Shown in pieces: positions 1 to 14,046 of a stretch of DNA of 64,000 nt. Numbering within the stretch: the first letter of the stretch is position 1; each line of letters starts with the position of its first letter. Source of the stretch: Phoronis australis (Eukaryota > Animalia > Phoronida). A model generated the notes under the pieces. It was given only the letters and a program-made list of their open reading frames with translations. It was not told the DNA's origin and made no database searches. Location of the stretch: assembly GCA_002633005.1 (NCBI GenBank), contig NMRA01000166.1, positions 715,620-779,619 of the forward strand, read 5' to 3'. The translations under genes were made by a program, and so were the position numbers.

Positions 1-3000
1 TGTGCATTTTATTGTAAAACGTGTTTTAAATATGTATGAGCACTTTCGAAACACATTTCACGAGCTCGAAATACCCATACAACTTCGAATGCCAAACTAC
101 AATAGTGAATATTCGTACACGTTTCTCCCAAAACTAGACCTGATTAAAGAGGCTATAGTGCAATTTTCAGCAACAAAAGCAACTCTTCGTTTTGATCGCT
201 AACCATTGTGATATTGGTATCAAATTGTTCATTAGTCAAAATAGGTGAAATTTCTGTTTTCGGTAAGAACTGAAATTTCGTTATTTCCCGTCACGGCACT
301 TCGTTTGTTCTCCGAGCATTTCATCAACCATTAGCTGTCAGCTCTTTAGAAGACCTCAAATCATTCCTCATCTTAGTAAGGAACAAATTGGGACAAATTT
401 TATAGTGTTAAGTCATCTAAACCAAAAGTTAGTTTTTTTCGCCGGAACTGGATTAAAAACAGCTTTAAGTGAATACCATATAATATTTGATAATTTTTAG
501 AATTTCACTTTCAAAGTGAAGATAGCGAATTCAAGATGTTACGTAGCAAAGAGTTTGTGGCATATATTTTTTAAAATAAAAGTGTTTCTAGATCAGCCCC
601 TATTTTCACACCCATAGCCTCTGTTAGCAATAGATTCTGGTGAACAACTCTGACAATTGGTTTTTTATTGGTCAATGAAGAGGATGGACGTTTTACGAAA
701 ACATGGACCCGCGCTTCAGGGTTAACTACTTTCAATCCCATTCACCCTTGGACCACATTCTTTCGATAGGCACAACCGCCGAATATGCATCAGGCCTGGT
801 GTGACATTATCCTTAGGCCAACAAACTGACACAGATTTCGGAAACTCCGGATAACTTCTCGATATTTTCGTGATACTTGAATAACTCCTGTATGTTTACT
901 CGATTCGCCTTAAACAATCTCGTTTCTGATACTAGCGGATCTCCCATCCAGTAATGGGGGAAGACAAGAAGACGGGAAGCATCTAAAAACGCCATGCCGG
1001 TGGCGTTTTTGGCTTTGGCCTTGAATCCCTGGACCCCCTGAAGCCGCATATTAATGTGAAGTTGCCGTATGACACTCGCCTTCCGTGATCGGAACCAAAT
1101 TTAATTTATGTCACTTACAGTTATGAAATTGTTCTCAAATTGTTCCCAAATCAAAATAAATGTGATTTCGGAGCTTGTAAAGAGATAACACTTAGTTATT
1201 GCTTGAGTTGAGGCTATACGAGTTGGCTTGTCATGGGGAGCATCGGCTCGAGCAATGAACAACTGTCAACTTCTAACACCAAAATCGCTTCTTAATTGAA
1301 TAAGGACAGAGAGTGGGTTTATCACTGCTTCTTATTTTTTTATTAAAATGTTTATATTTGTCATTTCTCGATAACGTTAATGTTCAAAACATAAAACGCC
1401 GGGTTTTATTTCCGTGCAAACAAGTCAGTTTACTGTTTAGAATCAATTGCCGGAATAAACAGAGTGCCCGGCTGGTTATCAAGTTGGCCATGGCAAGTAC
1501 TGTAGCACAAAACATATTGGACTCCGCTACTTTCTCAGTTTTACTTGAGTCGGCAACGTGGCTCGCGGCAACAAGTCGAATCTGCAATTTGTGGTGAGGA
1601 GTTAGGCAACCCGCGATTTCGTTGGTACACGCGACAGAAGTAGAATCTACAGCGGGTACCAGCGTTAATGGCGCTGACCTTTGCAGACATCTAATTGTTT
1701 GGTGAAGTGACTCGCCTGATACCACATGCTGCTGAAGTGCAAGGGACATCTCTTTCTAAATTAATTTTCTCCGTTAAGTAGTAATTCTGTAACTACTTTC
1801 AGAAAATAGCCAAAAATCGTTGATTTGGAATTTGACCCTTCTTTCTGATACTAAGCTACTCTGTGAGCCATACCAACTCTCGAAACTCTCTCTGAGAAAA
1901 TTTGATAAGTACATAAAAATGTTTCAAATGGGCAGGCGATACTATAGCGCTTGGGATTAGGGAATAGACCCTTTCGGGCTCAGAAACTTAGCGGAAAAGT
2001 GAAAGATATATATCCACGCACCCAGAAAACCAGCATGAGATTTTACAAACTTCAAAAGAATTCCGGATGTGCAGTTCGGAAGACGCAAGAATCTCGTCTG
2101 GCTGGTTCCCTGCGTGCCGCTAGGTGGTAGCCAGCTCGCAGGTATCACTTAATTTTCCTTTGGAAATTTTTCACACCATCGTTTCTGATTGGCTGGTCGA
2201 ATTCTCAACAAGCGGCGCTTTACGCAAACAAATTGACTGATAGAGGAAGTGTAAATGTGGTCTGTTGTACTGACAAATCGGTACTTAAAATTGACGTTCA
2301 GGAATTGTGGTTGCACCTTTTCGGAGTGCATCTTTCTATTGTCGATAACTTTTGTTTACGATACTGTCATGTATTCATACAGTACGAATAACAAACCGGT
2401 TAAATCGGCCAGATATCATTGTACCTGTCTTGTGCTTCAAGCACGCGGCTACTTAACGTTACTGCAGAAACGAAATAGTTGTTGCTACGCCCCTTGCATG
2501 ACAAGACTAAAGATCGTTCATAGTCCGCCATTTTTCACGTTGTTGTACAGCTAATCAATGACTGCCGAGGTTACATCAACCAATGCTAAAGCGCGTGCTA
2601 CTGCGTAATACCAGCGTGCTGGCCAGGCACGTAGGGAACCAGCGAGGAAACTCGTGAGTCTTCGCAATGTACCACAATGCATTACAAACGAAGCACGTGA
2701 TAACAATAGCTTTTCTCGAGAGTGTCTTGGGTCTAGGTAACGCAGGCAGGGGCCGTATTCTAAATTTCCCTTATTTTTTTATATTTTGCTTATCTTTCGA
2801 AAATTTCATTAAGTTTCCCTTGTCTTGAGAAAAACACTAGTTGACGTCAAGGGAGAAGTGGAACAAAAACCCACCTTGATTCTTATCTCGCAAAAGGTAT
2901 ATTCCCATCGCCCCATGAAAGCTATCCATTTATTATGTGAAGCAACACAGGGGAAGGTTGCCTTATTGACAAAATAGAAGCCCCCTGCCTCGTGTGCGGG

Positions 3001-3637
3001 CAATGAGTTTGGTTGCCAAATTTTGTAACACACAATTCAGAATGAGGATACGTTTTATAAACGACCAAACAATTTCTCACCGGCTCCCGAGTAATTTCCA
3101 ACGAGTTGACACACCTACCTTTAAATACCTTTTAAAGTCATACTCATCCCATATGTCCACCTCCTTTTTATAATAACGTTCAGACCCGTGCTTTAATTTG
3201 AAAATAACGGCGACTCTATTTGGACACTTGGACAAATACCCATTTTATATAAAGATTCCATAATTACCGTATAAAATATGGGTTTATTTTTGTTTCGATA
3301 AATATTCCATAATCATGTTTGGTGTGTTTGTTTAACTCTTCATCCGACAAGCTTGGATTGATTGATTGGCGAGTCTATTCATTTAACCGTTGATTTTATA
3401 CGGTGTAAAGTTATAAATCCTCAAAAAGCCCAGGGCAAGGGGCTTAATTTTTGTTCTCGATTTTTTTTACTTTTTCCGTTCTACATTTGTGTTAACTCAA
3501 GATAATTGTCCATTATTCAGTGCTCAAGTACAATGTATTAAAATGTCCCAGGGTCGATTAACTTTTGTAAGGCCAAAGCAATAAAATAAACAGCGATTAT
3601 TTATGCTGGGTTCTTAGCGTTTTAGGTAAAAATTATT

Positions 3638-4134
3638 TAAGTATTAAATTATTTTATGTAAGCTATACTGCCTCCTCCTCATTATCATATTGTTTGGATT
3701 CTCAGGTCAGTGACCCTCTTTGTTTTACGATTATTGGTTTAATTGTACCACGTGATCTCTTTGTCTTGTTGCAACACTGGGCCATCGTCCACAATTCTCT
3801 CCAACTTTCATTTTTCACTCAATTTCTCTTTGAAGTTTCAGCACTCTCCGTCTCATCACATCATTAAGGTATTGTACCTTGTTTCCTGCTTGTTCTGGAC
3901 TAAATATGCCACCTAGTTGTTTGATTTTGGGCAGTTCTTACGTGCGTTGGCTGGACGCCTATCTTAATTCGCCTGCGGCGACCGACCAGGGTCTGACCAA
4001 TCTGGGTTTCCACGAGTCCATCAACTCCTTAGGGTTGTCCGGGGCCACCCTCGCCCCTGGCCCTCGTTCTGTTCGCCATTTGACCCCAGCCATCGCCGAA
4101 TTCTCGGCCACTTTAGTGTTAGCGCATATAAACA
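3638..4134 (+). mobile_element. Ngaro-like (DIRS-group) retrotransposon remnant with truncated SGNH-hydrolase-like ORF
   Basis: 5' part is similar to 21349-21540. ORF MPPSCLILGSSYVRWL resembles the SGNH block I GxS motif. It ends in TTAGCGCATATAAA like the 21170/21675 repeats. Confidence 0.55.
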
Positions 4135-6149
4135 ACCTTATTGAAAACGTCTGTGCACATCGGAGATGGGTGCAAAACACATAACAATTTATTTCAATTG
4201 AAACTGAATTAATAAACAATGCAATGCGTTTTCTATGTCTTCTAGAGTAACTGTAAACACTGTAGTTGATTTGTGTGATCTTACTTCGTGCATTTCCGTC
4301 TAAACGAAACAGTCACGACTTTAGAGCCTCATTCAAAATGGCCAGTGATATCAGCGACCGTTTCAAAATTCTGCTTACGGAGACAAACAAGGGTTAAGAT
4401 TGGCAAAACACGTACATTTGTGAAGGCTGATATATATATGTCCATGACATCACATGAGCAGTTACTAACGGACATTGGGTGGTATGACAACCAGATGCTT
4501 TTTATACTTATATTCACGACTTTAGGTAACCGGTGGCTATGTTCTCCATGACAATATCAAAGTGGGCTAACCCACTGAAACTCTTCACCCACACGGCCAC
4601 TTGCTCGGCTCTGATTAATGCCCTTTACAATCCCAGAACCTTTTACTCGTTTGTTATACGCTATGCCTGTTCTTCGAATTGGTCACCTGGCACTGCACTC
4701 TTGTCTTCCAAGTGTCGACAGCTGTGCGCAACTTCGGTTAGAACTTTCTTGACATTTTCGGGAACCGTGCTCCACACACTGTAGACTTCAAACTAATCTC
4801 CGAAAGAACACTGCCAAGACGCTTATTGTTTAATTCTGAATGGATTTACGTGCAAATTGTGGAAATTACGACAACGTACATGGAGGCGCTGTCTGATTCT
4901 ACTAGTCGAAAAGAGTTTCCACGATGCTCGGTTTATTTTGAAAACTGTTACACCAGCGCAAGTACTGTACACAATTATGTTGACCTGCTGCGAAGAAACA
5001 TGTCAGTATTTCCTTGAGATAGGTTTGTTGAAGGAAGAAGTTAAGACAGAAACATGAGAGACAGCAGTGTTGACTTATGAAAAGAAATCTACCGATACGG
5101 GTGGTTATTAACCATCTCCAGGTAAACCATCAGCTCTTCATAAGACTTGGCCTCATTTGAGTAGAGACTGAATAACAACCATGTTGTGATGAGATTTTAT
5201 ACCTACTGTTAACTATACTGGAGTGTAACAGGTCACTACTCCGATGGCCCACTACTCCGAAAAATACATTACTACGAAATGTTGGTTTTATTTTTACACG
5301 ATCTTCCTACATTGTCTTCCAATTTCACGAATGTGTCATTAATTTGTTACTTACTGACAAAATACCTCACAAAACTATAATTTGGCAATGAAGTCCAATG
5401 ACATTTTTGCCGTTTCTACTGTCTTTGTAATTAAGGACTCTTGTATCGCATCTCCTTTGAAGTTCGCTTGGCTGAGAGAAAATGTATCATATTAATGTCA
5501 TAAAACGTTCATGAGCAAAATGTTTGGCCCACTTTAGTATGCAATAATCAGAATTTGGGAAATGCGTGTTGAAGTGCTTAACGAAGAAAGTGAAGCAGGT
5601 TGAATGTTTTTGAATCTCCCGATTTACCATCCCTTATGCGCGCCTGATTTTTTGTGGATTCTCCGCCATCCAATTTACTGACCCCTTTCTTAGTCTTGCG
5701 CTTCCGACGGCGCTAATGACTGCATCATAGAGAACTGTATTTCACAGAAGAAAATATTTGTTAAACAAATTAAATATATGTTTCGTGCAACTAGTGCGTT
5801 CTTTTCATAAATATGTCGATGAATGCAGCCTATTTTTAAATACACTTCAATAAAAACCACATTTTGATAACTAGTAACTAAGTTCATAAAAATTTTGTTG
5901 TATATCTTAATATTAGGTATACTACATGATGGCATAATGCAGCCAGACGTATTATTTTAAGTTCTACATTTTTATAATGTTTATTACAACAAAACATGAA
6001 AGACAATCTGCTTACACATGAGGATATGTCTGCCATGTGGGTATCTCCACAGGAACACAGAGGCGAAATATTATTAAAATTATGTCTAAATTTCTCGTTG
6101 TTTAGGAATAGACCACATCTTGATCTGTATAGGGTAATTGTTAGAATTG

Positions 6150-7740
6150 GAACTTAGAACGTAGAATTGGAATCAACATCGGACTGCCACCTTTGCAAAA
6201 CACAGTCCTTAACACGTTGTGAGAAAATATTTACAAACGACTCGACATGCGACTCGTTGGTTTACCCAAACATCATAGAAACCATGCATTGACAATAAAT
6301 TACGAAGTGAACTTGCCCAATTATACATATGTCTACCATTTTCATCTAGTCTGTACAACATGTTGTAAACGGCTCTTTGATAACGCTCCTGTGGCATATT
6401 CAAAATTTTAAACCAGTATTTAATACAGCTAACAAAGTATCTCGTAAACATAGGGTATCTGCCAGATTCACCCAATACTGCAACGTTAGAGTTAGAACCG
6501 CCTAGTCGTAGGGTCCATTTAGAAAATTTTAATTGATTTTTTTGGACACTCGTATTCTTTAAAAGCCCAAGTCTCGGCCCCATAACACAATGTTGGATAC
6601 ATCAGTTTATCAAATAATTGAAAGGCAAGTGATGGGGGCATATCGCGACAAACACGTGATGCAGCTTTATTTGCTTGACAAGAGAGAGAGTTTTTGTCGC
6701 TTTCGACAATGACAGTTTAAGTGTGATAAGAACACAAAGATGTTTATAATGAGATACATCATCAACTTGCTATTTGTTAAAAAACATTTCTCACAGTGTC
6801 TTAAGGGATCACCATTTCTAAATACAATTATTTTGGTTTTCTTTAAATTCACGGCCATACCCCATGAATTACAATAATCGAGACAGTTTAACATAGTTGC
6901 AAGTTAGACGCTGTTATAGCGCATAATATGGAACGCCTCTAGCGTCACCTTATGACGGGTCTTTTCTGTGAAGTGTAGCACCCTGCAAAAGTACAACGGT
7001 GGCTTCTGCGTTAGATTCGCATGTACAGTCAAAATGATATAAACGAAAGACTGTATTTTTCAAATAAACGAGGGCAACGCTGTGAGGACTTGATGTCTGT
7101 GACCTTGGATGATTTTCGTACGTGCTGTGTCCACAGTTGTTGGGTTCTTGTAGGTTCTATTTGCTTAATCAGCGAAGATGTACTATCATTGCTCAGTGGA
7201 GACAGGACATTGTGTAAGTTGTGTTTTTGTGTGAGACGGTGCTAGCCATTTTTTCTTTTTTGTCAAACGTTCAGCCTATGTAATTGTCAGTCACGTCAAA
7301 ACATGACGATCCCATTGGGTTGGTCAACACACTGTATAACCTTAACACTGATTGGTTCTTTTAAGAACATCGACAGCATCACTGACGCGTCAGCGTGTAG
7401 TAGAAATGCCTCGTCATGTGTCAGAAAACACCCGTCATAAGGTGACGCTAGTGGCGTTCCGTAGCATAGAACCATGTCATCTGCATATAACAGTGAATTA
7501 ATATTTGTAGCATGCTCATCTAAGCAGATGCTATTTATGTCACTATGCGAATTGAGTTTTTCTAGAAACTCATTGAGATACAAAACAAATAGCAGAGGGC
7601 TTATCATACAGCCTTGACGAGTGCCAATAGTGCAATTAAATAAGTCTGTTAAATCATCACGTGTTTTAACACATGATGTCAACTTGCTATACGTTGATCG
7701 CAGAATTGATAACATGTTACCAAGAATGTTAGCATAATAA
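6150..7740 (-). mobile_element. Degenerate non-LTR retrotransposon (RTE-X-like) RT/C-terminal remnant
   Basis: GTRQGCMISPLLF, LLYADDMVL, KTKIIVFRNG, LGESGRYP...IKYW; frameshifted and interrupted by a MITE. Confidence 0.85.
6927..7463. mobile_element. Non-autonomous TIR element (IS3EU-like MITE) inserted in the LINE RT
   Basis: About 40-bp TIRs TATGGAACGCCTCTAGCGTCACCTTATGACGGG / CCCGTCATAAGGTGACGCTAGTGGCGTTCCGTA; 6-bp TSD GCATAA/GCATAG. Confidence 0.8.
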
Positions 7741-7910
7741 GGACTATGTAAATACAGGAATTGTTATTAATTTATATTGTTACAGTTACTGAAATTGAAA
7801 TTTAAATAGAGGCCCCTATATATGCGTGATTGTTTTGGCGGTACCGGTATTAATTCAGTTTGTCCAATCTGTGTTGTGGTCGTGTTTACTAACCACATAC
7901 AGGACCGTAA

Positions 7911-8125
7911 CAGGGGCGGATCCAGGATTTTGGGTTAGGGGGGCCAGGGTACAGGAATAACCAGAATTTCGCCTCATGAGCGCGCCCAGCCTAAAATGTA
8001 GGGATGTAGGGGGCCCCCCTGGGTGCGTGCATATGCTAGTCAGCAATTCGCACCCCGAACTGGAATCTGGGAGAATTTTAGGGGGGCCATGGGCCCCTTG
8101 CCCTCCCCCCCTAAATCCGTCACTG
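7911..8125. mobile_element. hAT-like MITE
   Basis: CAGGGGCGGATCCAGG ... CCTAAATCCGTCACTG termini; 5-bp flanks CGTAA/TGTAA. Confidence 0.65.
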
Positions 8126-9837
8126 TGTAAGAAGGTAAAAACTATTGGGGTACACAAACTAATACTACTTCTCCTAACTTTTGACCACCCACGTGGTCTC
8201 AGATTTTTGTAGACGGAATATTGTCTCAGAAACTTTAGTTATAGCTTTAATCGTCTATTTGGAGAGGAAGGTCAAGATTAATGGCCCAGTTTGGAGAAAG
8301 TTCATTTCATTACGATCATGCTTTGAAGATACATTTTGTAAGAGTTTGGTCCGAGGTCCCTGTTACATTGCATCAAGGGCTATTTTGAAACCCCTTGTTA
8401 AAAATGGCAAATGAGTTTCTGGTCTGATGGCTGCACCTTCCGGGGGAAAATGATATAAATGACCAGGCTACATCGTAGAACAACAATTCCTTAGACGGTT
8501 ATTTCAGAATGCCAAAGATTAGCAAGTGTTCTTTATTGTTTGGTGGACGGGTGATGCAAATTTCCCCTAAGTTCAACTTGTATCTAAGTCCGTTAAAGTA
8601 TCATTATTTTCTTTAAAGATTAGCTCCTGATTATTGGAGGCAAGCGAAAGAATACGAGCATCATTTTCTGAACAGTCATTTTATGATGGTGTGCTGGCAG
8701 TATCTTGATCACGGCACTATAGACATAGATGGTGGTACGTACCAGATGGATACAGGATACCACAAAACACAAGTAAACATTAAAGGGACCGAAATCTCGG
8801 CGAAAAAACAAGTTTTGCAAACAAGATACTAGCACCAAGCACAGTATAAAAACCAATTTTAGAGCCGTTTTCATGATTTTGACAACTCAGTAGCATTAAC
8901 ACAATTCTCGCTTCCTCGCGAAAACGAAATAGCATTGTACCGATGGAGATGCGGTCTTTTCCTCAACTCCAACAAGTTCAGTTAGGCACAACTTTAGTAA
9001 TGTCTCTCCAAACTGTAAATGTGGTGACCATCAATCATGTTTTCTTTAAATGTCTCCTCATCGAACACCCGAGAAACTCACTCTTTCGTGCACTCAATGA
9101 AAACCAATTAATTGTAAATGCTTTCAATTTTTGCAATAATATACCTACTTAAGTTACATTATTTTAAATGTTAGTCCAAACTTTGACCTATTTCTCAATG
9201 AATTCCTCTTAAGCAATGTTAGCAAATTTTTATATATTGCTTATAAATCTTGTTGCTTGTGATTTCCATATTATATCTGTACATGTTTTTGTTTTTAGTA
9301 TGTTCGTAATAGCATTTATACCACAATATTAGCCTCGAATGGTAGATACAAAAGTGTAATAACCCATAAAGTTATCTCACTAGTGAGATAACATTTTGGC
9401 GGGAACCCGAGGCCGGATTTTTTTTTTTAATGTTTATTACGAAATCTTCAGAATACAATCAATATACATAACCCAGAAAGCGCCAAGAGGCATTAGATCT
9501 GGGTTAAAAAATACAAAGAAGTCTATATACAATGATTATACACGAATACATAAATAAAAGAAACTGATGTTAAGAATACAATGATATATGACAACGAATG
9601 AAAATAATTCATTTTCATACAGATGTATAAAATTCTATCCACTCACACAAAGAGATTTAATGTTATAAAGAAATTCTGATACTATTTCAAATAAAACCTT
9701 ATTTTCGTTTGAGTTAAGTTCTTGACATCCATATAGAAAGAAATTAATTTTGTTGTACAATTGCGGAATTTCAGAATATTTTTTATAAACATTGGGGTAT
9801 TGTTCGAGTGCCTGGAAGAGCTGTACCCTCTCCTCCT

Positions 9838-9912
9838 TGCATACCTCACGGATACGAACCCGGGCCTCAACAGTTGCGAGTCGCCGACTTTACCACTACA
9901 CCACTCAGCGGC
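9838..9912 (-). mobile_element. tRNA-derived SINE head / tRNA-like pseudogene
   Basis: GTGGTGTAGTGGT A-box and GGTTCGTATCC B-box-like motifs, no clean cloverleaf. Confidence 0.45.
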
Positions 9913-10452
9913 TGACGTCATCATTCGTGAAAATAGAATACTTAAATGAGCACGCGCAACAATCGCATGTTCAGAAAAGGGCATTGCACCGACATTTATA
10001 CGCTATGAAAAATAAGACGCATAATTTCCATAAAAACGATATTTTAATTCAGTGAAAATTTTCTCTCGTGTTGTCTCACATGTAAATCACCGATCTCCAA
10101 TTTTAATGCAGGTATCGTGTCGTCGGGATCCTTTGACTTGAGCATTATAGTCAGTTACTAGTGGTAACCTACTTTAGCAGACGATATTCTCCCGGTCGAA
10201 GCTTAGCGTGATAAAATGTGAAGTAAGCTATAATAGTTGCTAAACCTTAATTTATAGATTCATTTTATTTTTGTTTTATTTTTCAATTAGTTTAGAGTAA
10301 AAGCATTATTTGACAAAAATAGCTAGGCTTTTCTTAAAAGGTCCCGACCTCCGACCCCGGGCCTCTCACATAGAAAGTAGTTACAAAGCCGAGGCGAGTC
10401 GAGAAAGGTAGATCGATTCATTCCATTGTTTCTCGTTCAGTATGTGGTATAA

Positions 10453-10616
10453 ATAGATTATTACATGTTCTCAGTCGTTATCCCCCTAATCAAGAGCCCT
10501 CGTGGATTTTGGAGAATCATCACCCTCGGGGCAAACGTCCCTCGGGCGATAATTCTCCAAAATCCACTCGGGCACTAGATAACGGGGAATAACGACTTCG
10601 CCATGTATTAATCTAT
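10453..10616. mobile_element. Short fold-back (palindromic) MITE
   Basis: ATAGATTATTACATG...CATGTATTAATCTAT with internal arms GTGGATTTTGGAGAAT/ATTCTCCAAAATCCAC. Confidence 0.65.
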
Positions 10617-11183
10617 ATATCTAAATATTTGAATACTCTTATTAGATACTACTTACATGTATATAGTTCTATGTACACTAGTTTCATTTATGAACTGTCT
10701 ACAACCCAGGTATAATGCTTCGCGACTTATGGGTTTGTTATTGTTTCCTTGTATGTTCTGTGTAATCTAATGTTACCGCAGACTGCCATGTCATGTTATT
10801 CTGACTTACGCGTACGAATATGCTAGTTTCCCGCCATATAAGTAGACTTGTTACTGTGTATTTCTTGCATCAGATGTCGCTCTCTCCGACTATTTATTAT
10901 CGTGCCGCCTTTTTCGAATGTCATTCCACAAACGTTTATGGTGGAGAAACGTCTACTGTACATAGTTATTCAACGGGTTTTGGTTGGATTTGGGGCGACA
11001 TCGGCGTAAGTATTCGTGTTTCTTGATATAAAGCAGTTTATATACATTTGTTAGTTTTCCCATGTTCTGTCACTGTATTTAACGTTTTGAACACTTGCTA
11101 TTACTGTATGCCCTTTGCCATTTTCTAGGTTGTTGTCCGGGGGAATTGGCTTGTTATCTACATGGTATAGTATTATGTAAAGA

Positions 11184-11268
11184 CCACTACCACCACCACT
11201 ACCACCACCACTACCACTACCACTACCACCACCACTACCACTACCACTACCACCACCACTACCACCAC
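11184..11268. repeat. (CAC/TAC)n microsatellite
   Basis: Directly visible. Confidence 0.95.
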
Positions 11269-11558
11269 TGCGTATTTGTGGGCTTGTGAAAACAGATTGT
11301 CATTCCTTATGCTGATTGATTTCATTACTAAGGAATTCTTTTAATTGCCTTTAATACAAATTGAGAATGAACTTTACGTTGAATTCTTGATATCATTGAA
11401 AATAAGTAGGTATTTTTTTCATTTTTCATGCAACACCCATAATTTAATGATTAAATCCTAATTATTTTGATAGAATTAAGGGCCCCGCTTTAGTTATATT
11501 ATTAGAAAATGTTATTATTCAAAAAAGAGCTCATAGTGAAGATAAAATGATAGAAAAA

Positions 11559-12806
11559 ACTAGAAAGATTATTGTCACGGCGTGACAATAACGGACTCTG
11601 CGCGTGCGTATTACTGGAATTATTATGGGAAGTTACTGACAGCAACCCGTTTACCAATATGAAAAGGAATTCTTTAAAATTGTAGGGGAAATTACATATT
11701 AATTTTTTGATGACCTTTCCACTAATTGACCTCTTCCGGTGCATTATGAGCCCCGATGAGGGAGTAATTGTTAACTCGATTAAAAGTGTAGTTAATGCTA
11801 ATAATCACAGATGTTTTACTTTAAGCACTTCAGAATACAACATGAATGAATTGGTAAAACTTTCAGAAGAAAAATGCACCTAATGACCCCATGGGTGCAC
11901 CAAATGACCTGAAAATTTAGAATTTAAACTCAATCGTACTTAGTAAACAGATATGTAATTCTGAAATCTCTAACTCAAAATTTTAGTTTGCACTCAATGA
12001 CCTTTGACCTATTTTTTTCTGATTGGTTAGACCTATTGCGAAGTAAAGTAGGGTATTCAATTGGCATGTTGACTTACACCAGTGTGTTGAAATTGAAAAG
12101 AATTCCTTGAAAAACGTAAGAGATTCAACATTTTGAGCGTTACACCTTATACGGTGCATTTTGAGCATCTTTAGGAGAATTATTGCAAAGCCCATTGTAA
12201 ATGTGTTTAACGCTGAGAATCACAGCTATCTAACGGTTGACACATCAGAATACTTGCTGATTGAAAAGGTCAAATTTTCAGAAGAAAAATTCACCTAATG
12301 ACCTCATGTTTGCACTAAATGACCTGAAACTTTGGATTCCGATTTGATTTACCTGTGGCAATCAAACCTGTCAATTTGAAGTGTCTAGCTCAAAATTTTA
12401 GTTTGCACCTATTGACCTTTGACCTATTTCACCTGATTGGATGACCCGATTTCTTAGAAAAGTAATTTTTAAAATTGTCATATTGACTTATATCTGTGCA
12501 CCGAATTTGAAAAAGATAGCTTTAAAACTGAAGGAGGAGTAGCATTTTGAAAATTATATGACCTTTGCACCAAACGACCTCTTCCGGTGCAATATGGAAT
12601 ATGATTATATAACCAATCAAAATTTATATACTGTCAAAAGTTATATGCTGAATTTAAAGACCGTACCTGCACCCAATTTGGAGTTATTAAGCCTCAAAGT
12701 TGGTCGGAAGAAGAATAAGAAGAAGAATAAGAAGAATAAGAATAAGAATAAAATTGAAGAAAACCCAGGAACAACAGTACTCTGCGCTTACACGCGCAGA
12801 GTAATA
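11559..12806 (+). mobile_element. Helentron-associated non-autonomous element (HINE/DINE-1-like), family A
   Basis: 5' palindrome ATTGTCACGGCGTGACAAT, subterminal ACTCTGCGC repeated in 3' hairpin ACTCTGCGC-TTACAC-GCGCAGAGT, internal tandem duplication, (AAG/AAT)n near the 3' end, TGACCTTTGACC motifs. Confidence 0.7.
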
Positions 12807-14046
12807 ATACATCTGTGTGTAAAGAACGAATCAAATACGCCAAGATTTAGAGAGCTTTGTTGAGTCAATATTTGGTATTGTTCTAAAATACATGTGTAGA
12901 TGTATTCTTTATTTTGGCAAGGTATATTTTTTCTGCATCGCGATTTCACTCATTTAACGAGATATTGGGTGACTTTGTTGGTAATTAGCTATCTTTAGCA
13001 CAATATGAAGGACAGCTTTGACGCACTGTGTTTGCTGAATGCGATTTAAGCTGGGACGAATAAAATTGCAGTGAGATACGACTACATACATTAAGAAGAC
13101 GAGTTTATTTCAAACAGTTTCAGAAAATAGGCTCGGGCGTATATTCGGTTTCATTTGACGTTTTGAAAGGTTGTTTTCCGATTATACGCCCATGAGTCTA
13201 TTTCCGAAAATTCCTGGTATTTAAATTGCCTTGATTTCAACGAAAGTCTGGCAGCCAATAGCGAGAAGTAGAGATTTGTATTAAAATCACAAAAACATAG
13301 CGGCAGTCAGGGCTGTCCATAAAGTCAGCGTGGGCTGTCACATTGTTGGAAAAAACTGCTCAGTCTACAAGGATCCCGTAAATGAATCAGGAGCTACAAT
13401 ACAAAATCGCCACTAGGGGACGGAACAGTTGTCAGACTCATTCAAAAATCAACGTCAGCATAGAACACAACCGCTTAGTTTAATAACGATCTTTTGAGCA
13501 GTTTGGCGGATAAAGAGGCGGACGCCAGAAAAACTGTCTTGAAATAATAAAAATGACCACGTGCGCAGAATACATCGAACCTGTCCAAAATTGAAAAGGC
13601 ATTATCTCCTTAATAGAAGCCTATCTGCCAAATTTTACGAAAATCCATCCATGAACTCCAAAGATTGATACAGAGGTAAACGTAAAAAACAACCATACTA
13701 GGGGGCACAGCTGTAATCGGATTGGAACGCGAAAGCTCGTCAAAAACAAATCATGTCGAAAGTACCATCTCTTAACGTCTAGTACAGAGTAATTTACATT
13801 CCCCTGTGAGAAAAGTTCTAGAAAAACCCAAAATTCACGATTTTTAAATACGCGCTAAGGAAGAACTCTATGGTTACCACAGACTTTCTAATCTCTCTCC
13901 CACTTATGGTAAGTGCGCGCATACGCTCACAGTCAGTTGCTTGACGTCGTTTGAGATCAAAGGTCTCATTTTCCATATAAGGAAAACGTGCTACGTCTAT
14001 GTCTTGCCATATCAAATAAGGAGACGTGCTTTGCTTTGTGGGAGAA

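Noticed and set aside
700-725. piggyBac-like right end (AGGG|TTAA)
   Set aside because: No matching left TIR within the window
1313-1749. Overlapping 94-aa and 121-aa ORFs
   Set aside because: No recognisable motif and no consistent exon chain
4500-5060. Coding-looking composition, possible decayed ORF
   Set aside because: Multiple stops and no family recognised
11095-11289. Poly-His/Tyr ORF
   Set aside because: CAC/TAC microsatellite with no convincing exon context
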